DNA of 60,617 nucleotides, filler included, from a candidate division TA06 bacterium SM23_40 (lineage in GTDB: Bacteria > LJUI01 > SM1-40): the NCBI GenBank assembly GCA_001303705.1. It is 6 parts of 6 records of this genome, joined end to end, with 100 filler letters (N's around TTAATTAATTAA, not from the genome) between each part and the next. Parts side by side here need not be neighbours in the genome. Positions count along the whole stretch, not along the records: positions 7,452 to 14,767 come from LJUI01000129.1; positions 14,868 to 38,519 come from LJUI01000023.1; 4 more parts are not named here. One strand, written 5' to 3'. Below are positions 9,428 to 17,841 of this stretch, piece by piece. How positions within the stretch are numbered: the stretch's first letter is position 1; the number at the start of each line of letters is the position of its first letter. Made by a program: the position numbers and the translations under genes. Under the pieces are notes generated by a model. It saw only the letters and a list, made by a program, of their open reading frames with translations, was not told where the DNA came from and did not search any database.

Positions 9428-10708
9428 ATGGTGCTGGTCCACCTCATCGCAGCCTCCGCACTCGTGCTCGGCACACTCGGTGTGGACCACGGCCCCACGG
9501 GGGTGTCGCACTGGGAGGTGATCGACAGAATCATCCTGAGAGGGAATGAGAGAACGAAGGACTTCGTTATCCTCAGGGAGCTCCGCTATGAGCCCGGCGA
9601 CGAACTGAGCGAAGAGATGCTCTCAGAAGGCTCCAATCACCTGCTTAACACGGGCCTGTTCGCCGACGTCAACTACCGCCTGGTACAGAATGAAGATCCC
9701 TCGTTCGTCGCGGTCGAGCTGGAGGTTCTCGAACGCCCCTCCTGGTATCTCCTCCCCTCTCTCGACTGGGATCCTGACAGGGGAAGGGACGACTGGAGGG
9801 AGGGAATCTCTGTCGGTCTGTCTGGCAAGAACGTCAACTTCAGGGGAGAGGCCCAGACACTGGCGGGGAATGCATGCGTGGGGGCGGAAGAGGCCGTCGA
9901 ACTCAGTTGGGACACGCCGTGGGTGGGGAGCACACGGACTTCGCTCTCCCTGAAAGCCGGCTGGGAAGAGACTCGGGATCCTTTCTACGCCAGGGAGGAG
10001 ACCATCGCCCGGGGTGGGCTCGGGCTGACGCGGTGGATCACCGAGCATCACTCGGTGGGACTGGACGCGGGAATCGAGGATCGCCATCGTCGGCCCAACG
10101 ACGGCTCGTCTGAGGAGGAGGAAGACGCTCTGTTCTTCACTCCCTCAGTGCGCTTCGGGTACGACTCTCGCGATCTCCGTGTCTCCCCCAGTGCAGGGAG
10201 CCTCCTCGAACTCTCGGCCACACAGTCGCGCGACTGGGCCACCGGTGACTACGCGTCTACGACGTACGCACTCGACGCCCGACACTTCAGAAGGATCTGG
10301 GGGCCTCAGACTCTGGCGATCGGCCTCCCCTCCAAACTGAGCCGCGGGACGATGCCGGAATATCTGGAATTACGGGTAGGTGGTGTGAATACGATCCGCG
10401 GATGGCCCCAGGGGGTTTCGCAGGGAATACATTCGGTCGTCGGGACTGTCGAGTATCGCATTCCCCTCGTAGAAAAGCAGCAGCTCCCTCTGCCGTACTT
10501 TGGACTTTGCGATTTTTCAGTCGCCTCAGCCCTGTTCGCCGACGCCGGCATGACCTGGAGCCAGAGGCCCAGTCAGGAACACTTCCTCACAGGGTTCGGA
10601 CTCGGCATCCGCATCTTCGTCCCATTCGCGGACGTCATCAGACTCGACTATGCCTGGAATAGCGAATTCGACGGGCGCTGGCAGATCGAGAAGGACGTCA
10701 AGCTTTGA
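9428..10708 (+). CDS. Omp85/BamA-TamA family protein with a single POTRA domain
   Basis: POTRA (IDRIILRGNERTKDFVILREL...GLFADV); VGGVNTIRGW (VRGF-like loop-6 motif); LFADAG; GFGLGIR. Confidence 0.88.
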   Translation: MVLVHLIAASALVLGTLGVDHGPTGVSHWEVIDRIILRGNERTKDFVILRELRYEPGDELSEEMLSEGSNHLLNTGLFADVNYRLVQNEDPSFVAVELEVLERPSWYLLPSLDWDPDRGRDDWREGISVGLSGKNVNFRGEAQTLAGNACVGAEEAVELSWDTPWVGSTRTSLSLKAGWEETRDPFYAREETIARGGLGLTRWITEHHSVGLDAGIEDRHRRPNDGSSEEEEDALFFTPSVRFGYDSRDLRVSPSAGSLLELSATQSRDWATGDYASTTYALDARHFRRIWGPQTLAIGLPSKLSRGTMPEYLELRVGGVNTIRGWPQGVSQGIHSVVGTVEYRIPLVEKQQLPLPYFGLCDFSVASALFADAGMTWSQRPSQEHFLTGFGLGIRIFVPFADVIRLDYAWNSEFDGRWQIEKDVKL

Positions 10709-10715
10709 CCTGTGT

Positions 10716-12083
10716 TCAGTCCTGTCGCGGACGATACAGCCGTTCGCGTGCGATCTCGAGAGAGAGGTTGAACTCACCTGCCAGCACCTGTGCGGCCAGG
10801 CAGGCGGCGAACTCGCGCGCAGTATCGATACCCATAATGCGGAGCGCCTCGCGTCCCGGCGGAGGAATGAGCCCCTCGCTGCACGATAGAGTGCCGGCCT
10901 CAACGTTTGGCAGTTCCACTCCATAGACCAATTCGTCACCCTCCACACCGGCGTAGATGCGCTCCAACGAGGAGACGAGCGGCGAGTGGGGATTCACTTT
11001 AGTCGCCTTGTACATGCCGGCGATGATCTCTCCCCCCATCCCTGTATGGTGAAACCATCCCATCTTCTCCACGCCGCTCGCATCGAGCCTCACGAACGAG
11101 AGGAGCCGCTCTGCACTGCACTCGAAGTACTTCCCGAATGAGGCAAGGGGGACGTGGACCTCGGCGGCCGCATATCTCCCCCGCTTGTTCCGGGGGCTCG
11201 GCTTGAGATCGCCGTCATAACCCTGTGCGATCGCACTCACCTCGACCTCGATGCTGTGCTTCCGGAGTTCTGCGTCCACAAGCTCCTTCACCGCTCCCAC
11301 TGCCTGACTGATCGCCCCGTGACCCCGATAGTTGACGAAGTCCGCGGTGAATTCGACAAACAGGAAAAAGGAATGTGGATCGTCGGCCCTGAAGAACTCG
11401 ACAGTGGCAGGCTGGCCATCCCACTTCCCCAAGATCTTTCTCAGCCGGTCTTCGAGACTCCCCATCGCGCCGCCTATGACCTTGAGGGCCCGCTCCCTCT
11501 CCTCCTCCTTCCCAAAGATGAGACCGACACATCTGCTCGCGCTCGCTCGCTGCCCCACCTTGACCCTGGCCCCGCCGAACCTGTTAATCATATGGCACCC
11601 GCGGCACACACCGATCGGCCCCAGGCCCGTGCCGTACTGCAGCAGTATCTGGAACTCCCCGTCACAGTCGCCGGTCAGACGGATCGATCCCGCGAACGAG
11701 TAATAGTCCTCGGTCCCACCGACATAGTTATTCACAAGAGGAGCGTACCGCTCCGCCGAGGAGTCGGCGGGCTTCAGCGCCCCCCTACACAACGTGCATC
11801 TCTTATCGGTGTCGGCGGCATCAAGCTCGAAGGTCGTGCGATCATGCTCGCACACATAGCGCACCTTGTAGGGGGTTTCAGGGATAGCGATGTGCCGGAA
11901 CTCGATTCCGGTTCTCTTCGCGATCCACTGCCTCCTCGCCTCGGCGGCGAGGCCGAATTGTTCGGGAGGAGCGAGACCATGAACCTCGATGAGGTACCCC
12001 TCTACTTTCCAGGGCGGCATCTCCCCCGCCTCGAGCATCGCCACGGCCTCATCGACAGCCTTCCTCGATCCTGCCATCGCCAT
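10716..12083 (-). CDS. Divergent class I HMG-CoA reductase-fold protein with substituted catalytic residues and a putative Zn-ribbon insert
   Basis: Collinear with archaeal HmgA by eye: AAEARR..GIEFRHI, NNYVG, AGSIRLTG..GEF, RGC..GG, DLKP, RGRYAAAE, LPNVEAGT, REALRIMGI, AREFA..VLAGEFNL. Confidence 0.8.
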   Translation of the reverse strand: MAMAGSRKAVDEAVAMLEAGEMPPWKVEGYLIEVHGLAPPEQFGLAAEARRQWIAKRTGIEFRHIAIPETPYKVRYVCEHDRTTFELDAADTDKRCTLCRGALKPADSSAERYAPLVNNYVGGTEDYYSFAGSIRLTGDCDGEFQILLQYGTGLGPIGVCRGCHMINRFGGARVKVGQRASASRCVGLIFGKEEERERALKVIGGAMGSLEDRLRKILGKWDGQPATVEFFRADDPHSFFLFVEFTADFVNYRGHGAISQAVGAVKELVDAELRKHSIEVEVSAIAQGYDGDLKPSPRNKRGRYAAAEVHVPLASFGKYFECSAERLLSFVRLDASGVEKMGWFHHTGMGGEIIAGMYKATKVNPHSPLVSSLERIYAGVEGDELVYGVELPNVEAGTLSCSEGLIPPPGREALRIMGIDTAREFAACLAAQVLAGEFNLSLEIARERLYRPRQD

Positions 12084-12259
12084 ACCCCCTGTCTCTCTTC
12101 AATATCTCTCTTCAGCGCCGTGTCGGCAGCACATCCTCCGGCTGCGGAGAGCGGCGGTGCCCACAGGGGCTCCGCCGCCCATCCCTCGGGTATGTCGCTA
12201 TTCCTCATCGCTCCACATATTCCACCATCCTTGCTCGCCACACCGTTGGCGGTTGACGG

Positions 12260-12287
12260 ATTGTACCCCGTCTGGGGAACGTGTCAA
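12260..12287 (-). promoter_or_regulatory. sigma70-type promoter for the HMGR-fold gene
   Basis: Minus strand TTGACA-N16-TACAAT. Confidence 0.7.
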
Positions 12288-12336
12288 GGAGAAATGGAAC
12301 CGTCACAAACGGAACCAGGAGGGAATGCAGTTCGTC

Positions 12337-12365
12337 TTGACAATAGACGCCCTCCTCTCTAGAAT
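12337..12365 (+). promoter_or_regulatory. sigma70-type promoter for the ABC operon (divergent)
   Basis: TTGACA-N17-TAGAAT. Confidence 0.75.
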
Positions 12366-12430
12366 GACGCAACGCAGACTGGTGTAGGCTTCCCCCTCCA
12401 CACGCTGACCAGGAAAGGGGAGATCTTTCG

Positions 12431-13369
12431 ATGGCGCTCCTCGAAGTGATAGACCTGTCGAAGAGCTTCGGCGAGACAGTGGCGGTCGACGACATCAGCT
12501 TCGATGTCGAAGAAGGCGAAATCTTCGGTCTGCTCGGCCCGAACGGTGCGGGCAAATCTACGACAGTCTCGATTCTCTCCGGCATACTGACCCCCTCACG
12601 CGGGAAGGTGGTGCTTGCCGGAATGGATGTCGTCCACAGCCCACTCGCGGCCAAGGCCATGATCGGCGTCGTTCCCCAGGAGGTCGCTCTGTACGATGAA
12701 CTCTCTGCGACTGAGAACCTCTCCTTTTTCGGACGGCTGCACGGCCTGAGCGGGCCCCGGCTTCGAGAGAGGATCTCCTCCATGCTTGAGACTGTCGGCC
12801 TGGGTGAGCGTGCACGCGAGCCGGTGAAGCGATATTCCGGCGGCATGAAACGCCGGCTCAACCTCGCGATCGGACTTCTCCACCAGCCGAAGATTCTGAT
12901 CCTCGACGAGCCCACCGTGGGGATCGATCCTCAGGGCCGCGTCCGCATCCTCGAGGTCGTCCGCCGCGAGGCAGAATCTGCCTCCACAACTGTCCTCTAC
13001 ACCACGCACTACATGGATGAAGCGGAGTCGCTCTGCGACCGGGTTGCGATCATGGATAGGGGACAGATTTTGGTCCAAGGGACAGTGCACGATCTAAAGA
13101 TGCAGGCCGGCCAGAAGGATGTCGTCAAGATCGCCGGTTCCTTCCCGGACGAGGATTTCGCGAGCACATTCTCAGATATCGCCGGGTCCAAAGTCGGCAC
13201 GGTCAAGGCCGAAGAGATGCTGATCTCCGTCGATGATGCGAAGGGGGCGTTGCCCCTGATCATCGACCGGCTGACCTCGCGTGGCGCGAGCATCAGAAAG
13301 GTGGAAGTCGAGGAACCGACACTGGAGACGCTCTTCATCCACCTGACGGGAAAGGAGCTACGAGATTGA
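12431..13369 (+). CDS. ABC-2-type exporter ATP-binding protein
   Basis: Walker A GPNGAGKS; signature YSGGMKRR; Walker B ILILDEPT; TTHYMDEAE. Confidence 0.96.
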   Translation: MALLEVIDLSKSFGETVAVDDISFDVEEGEIFGLLGPNGAGKSTTVSILSGILTPSRGKVVLAGMDVVHSPLAAKAMIGVVPQEVALYDELSATENLSFFGRLHGLSGPRLRERISSMLETVGLGERAREPVKRYSGGMKRRLNLAIGLLHQPKILILDEPTVGIDPQGRVRILEVVRREAESASTTVLYTTHYMDEAESLCDRVAIMDRGQILVQGTVHDLKMQAGQKDVVKIAGSFPDEDFASTFSDIAGSKVGTVKAEEMLISVDDAKGALPLIIDRLTSRGASIRKVEVEEPTLETLFIHLTGKELRD

Positions 13370-14619
13370 GGGGGAGCTGGCTCATCATCGTCAAGGACTT
13401 CACGCGAAGAGCACGGGATCCCTGGTCGCTCCTGCCCATCTTGCTCCTCCCCATCGTCATCGGGGGAATCATGCACCTCTCGTTCGGTGGAATCGAGAGG
13501 GGAGGAATGCCTCGCGCCGTGCTTCTCCTGGCAGATGAAGATGAGGGCCTCGGCTCTGACATCTTCAGGACGGCTCTGGAGCAGGAACAGCTGGCCGACC
13601 TGATCGAGGTGAAGGAGGTGACAGCGGCGGATGGCCGCGCGGCGATCGATAAGGGCGAGGCATCGGGATTCCTCGTCATCCCTGCGGGGTTCACTGATAG
13701 CCTCGTCGCCGGGCATCCGATCGAGCTCCGATTAGTGCGCAATCCCGCCCAGCAGTTCCTCCCTGAGATAATCGAAGAGAGCCTGGCCATCGTCGTCTTC
13801 ATCGTGGCGAAAGGGGCTCTCGTCTTCGAAGAACCGCTCCAGGCGATACACGAAGCGCAGACCGGCACCGGGACAGGCGACTTCGCCGGACAGACACAAG
13901 AGATCAGTTCTCTCATCGGGGATGTTCTCGCACAGTGCGAAGGCCTGCTCTTCCCGCCGCTGGTCACGCTCCAGATCGAAGAGCTCGCAGGCGACTCCTC
14001 ACCCGACTTCCCGATCTCAGCACTCTTTTTTCCTGCACTGATACCGCTCTCTCTCTTTTTCCTTGCCGACCTCTCCGTCAGGGATACTATCCGGGAGCAC
14101 AATCGCGGGACTCTGCATAGAATCATGACGACCCCTACGTCGATGCTGGCGTTTCTCACGGGGAAGCTGGCGGGGACCCTGCTCCTCGGGGTGGTCATGT
14201 TCGCAGTCCTCGCCGGCCTGGGATCGCTCGTGTTCAAGATCGGTTGGGGAGAGAATCTGCCCGAACTGCTCGTCCTCGTCATAGGCTACCTCATCGCCGC
14301 CGCAGGGATCGAACTGATGATCTACGGGTTCCTGAAGACGGAACTGAGCGCCCAGACTCTCTCGACCATCGTTGTGATGCTGATGGGCTTGGTGGGTGGA
14401 AGCATTGTGCCGCAGCAGTTCTTCCCCCCCATACTGGAAAAAGTGAAGTACATCAGCATTGCCGGATGGGTACTGCAGGGATTCGATAAGGTGCTCTGGA
14501 AGGGAGCGACCTTTCCCGGCATCGCTTTGGAGCTCGTTGTCCTCACGGGATGCGGCATCGTGACTACTCTTATTGGCTCGAGAGCGATGCTCTGGAAGCT
14601 CAGGCGTCCTGCGGGCTGA
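13366..14619 (+). CDS. ABC-2-type exporter permease
   Basis: Overlaps the ATPase stop; N-terminal TM, extracytoplasmic domain, EHNRGTLHRIMTTP..GK, and five more TM helices. Confidence 0.92.
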   Translation: MRGSWLIIVKDFTRRARDPWSLLPILLLPIVIGGIMHLSFGGIERGGMPRAVLLLADEDEGLGSDIFRTALEQEQLADLIEVKEVTAADGRAAIDKGEASGFLVIPAGFTDSLVAGHPIELRLVRNPAQQFLPEIIEESLAIVVFIVAKGALVFEEPLQAIHEAQTGTGTGDFAGQTQEISSLIGDVLAQCEGLLFPPLVTLQIEELAGDSSPDFPISALFFPALIPLSLFFLADLSVRDTIREHNRGTLHRIMTTPTSMLAFLTGKLAGTLLLGVVMFAVLAGLGSLVFKIGWGENLPELLVLVIGYLIAAAGIELMIYGFLKTELSAQTLSTIVVMLMGLVGGSIVPQQFFPPILEKVKYISIAGWVLQGFDKVLWKGATFPGIALELVVLTGCGIVTTLIGSRAMLWKLRRPAG

Positions 14620-14767
14620 TACCGTTCTTCGCTCCGACGGCGTTGTTCGTTCTGATAGCCGTTGTCCGCTCTGATGGGCGTTCTTTGCTCCGATAGGCGC
14701 TCTAGGCTCTGATTGCGTTCTTCGCTCCTACAGACGTTGTTCGCTCTCATGGCGTTGGTCGCTCTGA
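14616..14767. repeat. Degenerate 18-19 bp tandem repeat (about 8 copies) running into a contig break
   Basis: Units CTGATACCGTTCTTCGCT / CCGACGGCGTTGTTCGTT / CTGATAGCCGTTGTCCGCT and similar. Confidence 0.85.
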
Positions 14768-14867
14768 NNNNNNNNNNNNNNNNNNNNNNNNNNNNNNNNN
14801 NNNNNNNNNNNTTAATTAATTAANNNNNNNNNNNNNNNNNNNNNNNNNNNNNNNNNNNNNNNNNNNN
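14768..14867. other. Artificial contig linker
   Basis: N44-TTAATTAATTAA-N44. Confidence 0.99.
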
Positions 14868-16210
14868 TCGCCGAGGGCAAATGCGATGTGGTAGTCGGTC
14901 CGCGGTCCGCGGTCTTTGCGCCTGTACGGCATCTCGGGCTGGTGGTGATCGACGAAGAGCACGATGCCTCGTACAAGCAGAGTGATGCGAATCCGCGATA
15001 TCATGCACGGGATGTGGCGCTCGAGCGGTCCCGTCTATCGAGTGCTTCCCTGATTCTGGGGAGCGCAACTCCTTCGCTTGAGAGTTATCTCAGCGCGCAA
15101 CACGGCGTCTATCGGCTCGCGACACTGCCGAGCAGGATTGGCGGACGGCCGCTCCCGCGCGTTGAGATCGTCGACATGCGGAACGAGCGCGGAGTTCACG
15201 CTGGTACGGCCATCGGAGCCCGGCTCTGCGATGCGATCGCCGATAGACTGCTCAAGAAGGAACAAGCGATCATGCTCCTCAATCGCCGCGGGTTCTCGAA
15301 CTACCTCCAGTGTCGGACCTGCGGCCACGTGATCCGCTGTCAACGATGCAGTGTCTCTCTGACCTATCACCGAACAGGGCCGGCGCTGCGTTGCCACTAC
15401 TGCGGGCTTTCTGAGCGGCCTCCTGACGAGTGCCCCGAGTGTCATGGCACGTTCGTCGGAGGGCGGGGGACCGGCACGCAGGCTGTCGAGGACGAACTCG
15501 GGGAACTCTTCCCGCGGGCACGGGTGTTACGGTTTGATGCCGATACGACACGGCGCAAGGGCGCACATAGGGACCACCTCGAGCGCTTCGGGCGTGGGGA
15601 GGCCGATATCCTGCTCGGCACGCAGATGATCGCCAAAGGGCTCGATTTCCCCCGCGTGACGCTCGTCGGGGTGGTATCTGCGGATACCGCCCTCAACCTT
15701 CCCGATTTCAGGGCCGCGGAGCGGACATTCCAGCTTCTCGCTCAGGTTGCGGGACGGACAGGGAGGAGCGAGCTGGGAGGAGAGGTGATCATCCAGAGCT
15801 ACGCGCCGGATCACTATGCCGTCGATGCGGTACGGGGGCACCGGTACGCCGAGTTCGTTCAGCAGGAGCTCAGGGCGCGTCAGGAGTTGGACTACCCGCC
15901 CTTCAGCCGCATGGCCCTGCTGAGATTTCGTGCGCCGGATGAGGAGCGCGTGAGCAAGGCGTGCGAGGCTGTCGCCGAGACGTTGGCCGGTATCATCGGT
16001 GGACAGGATAGATCCGATATCAGCATTCTGGGTCCCGCCCCGGCCCCTATTGCTCGCTTGCGCGGAGCGCATCGCTGGCACATTATTGTCAAGGGCAAAG
16101 ACATCGATCATGTCCGTTCTGTCGTGAGAGAGGCTCGCAAGAGGTCCGACGGCTTCAGGGTGCGCGGTGTGAGAGTCGCGATCGATATCGATCCGATCGA
16201 GGTCCTCTGA
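14868..16210 (+). CDS. priA: Primosomal protein N' (5' truncated)
   Basis: DEEHDASYKQ; GSATPSLES; LNRRGF; four CxxC; GTQMIAKGLDFP; QVAGRTGR. Confidence 0.97.
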
Positions 16211-16461
16211 TCTGATAGGCTGGTTTCGATCGATTGGCTCGGCCCCGGTCCGGCCACGCACTTTCGCAGGTGTTGGTAAGGCGGTCTGGAGCTGTGGGCG
16301 AGCCGCTGCGGCGTATGCGGAGCTTCAGTGCCTGTCGGGCCAGACTGCTGGTCGGTTCCCGCAAAATGCCCACTTAATCAATCGAGGATTTGCTGCTGTT
16401 GACGCATCGGTGGAAGGGAGTGTGGGTCGCGGCAGCGGATAGGGGAGTCAGGAGTCAACAG

Positions 16462-17121
16462 ATGGTAACTCTGGAAGATATCAAGAAGAATGAACTGGTG
16501 GGCGCCTACCTCAAGCGGGCCGACGAGCAGCTGGGCGTCATCGGGTATACCGAGCACGGACCACGTCATGCCGATCTCGTGGCGCACATCGCCTATAACG
16601 TGTTGTCCCGCCTCGAGCGGACGGAACGGGAGGCGCAGCTCGCGGCCATTGCGGGCTACCTCCACGACATCGGGAATGTCGTCAGCCGGGTCGACCACGC
16701 CCAGACGGGTGCGATCATCGCCCAGTCGATCCTCGCGGACATGGGCATGTCGCCGGATGAATACACGGGAATCATGGCTGCGATCGGCAATCACCATGAA
16801 CAGGACGGCAATCCGGTGAGCGACATAGCCGCCGCGCTCATCCTCGCCGACAAGTCTGATGTACACAAGACCCGGGTGAGAAACCCCGAGCTCATAAAAT
16901 TCGACATACACGACCGCGTCAATTACGCTGCCCAGAACTCATTCTTGAGAGTGGATGGCGAGCGGCGCGCTCTCACTCTGGAGGTGACGATCGACACGGA
17001 CATATCGCCGGTGATGGAGTACTTCGAGATTTTCCTCTCGCGAATGGTAATCGCCCGCCGGGCTGCAGACTTCCTGGGATGCGCTTTCGAACTCCTCATC
17101 AACGGGATCCGCCTCTTCTAG
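16462..17121 (+). CDS. HD-domain phosphohydrolase
   Basis: EHGPRHA; YLHDIGN; GNHHE; LILADKSD. Confidence 0.9.
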   Translation: MVTLEDIKKNELVGAYLKRADEQLGVIGYTEHGPRHADLVAHIAYNVLSRLERTEREAQLAAIAGYLHDIGNVVSRVDHAQTGAIIAQSILADMGMSPDEYTGIMAAIGNHHEQDGNPVSDIAAALILADKSDVHKTRVRNPELIKFDIHDRVNYAAQNSFLRVDGERRALTLEVTIDTDISPVMEYFEIFLSRMVIARRAADFLGCAFELLINGIRLF

Positions 17122-17535
17122 CCGGAACCACACCTTCAAGATATGATCCCCAATCAGCCAATGCGTCACCAGTCCATCAATAATCGCCGGCCGGATTCAC
17201 GGTGAGACGTCCGGTCAGATGGGGCAGTCGGCTGTACAGGCGCGGCCTCTGCGTGATACATGGCGCAGGAGGAGTTGCCTTATACGGTCTGTGGAGCGTA
17301 CTCCTTCCTTTCATCAGTCCCTTGGCGGGCGAACCTCCGATGCCTCACGAAGGAGTATGAACGTCAAGTCCGAAATCTTGTGTAAATTGGTTCCGTCTTC
17401 TTGGGATGGACCGGGTGATCGGATAGAGTGCGAAGCGAGCTAGGCTCACCCGGCCTGGAGGACCTGCCACAATCCATCCTCGTGGCTGGAGAGACGGCAG
17501 CAATGCGAGAGAGCTGCCTGCGCCCGAGCAAAGCA

Positions 17536-17609
17536 CGACATTTCTATTCTGGTGAAAGCCGGACATCTCTATGTGGCCAGGAACCGGACATTTCGGATCT
17601 TCATTGACA
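17536..17609. mobile_element. Orphan IS terminal-repeat remnant (IS1202/ISNCY-like)
   Basis: Three GACATYTC motifs at 25-bp spacing (17537, 17562, 17587) ending in TTGACA (5'-TGTCAA on the minus strand); no transposase nearby. Confidence 0.6.
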
Positions 17610-17841
17610 ATTTGTCGTTCGTACCTCGTATTCAAAGAAATTTCGCCCTGACATAGCTATCAGCTCGCAGGTAAAGAGTTTTGGCCGCAAGCGCGAGGTT
17701 CTTCTATGCAAAATCCACCCCTCAGTGAGGGATCGAGGCTCTCTTATCGGCACTTGACGTACAGGGAGGATTGTGGTAGGGTATGGTGTGCCGTACAGTC
17801 CATGTCACTTGGTGGTAACTCTTGAGGTGGAGGGTAGAGAC

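Noticed and set aside
10716-12083. Annotation as a functional hmgA or as a pseudogene
   Set aside because: Catalytic and cofactor motifs are absent, so hmgA is unsupported; the frame, SD and promoter are intact, so pseudogene is also unsupported
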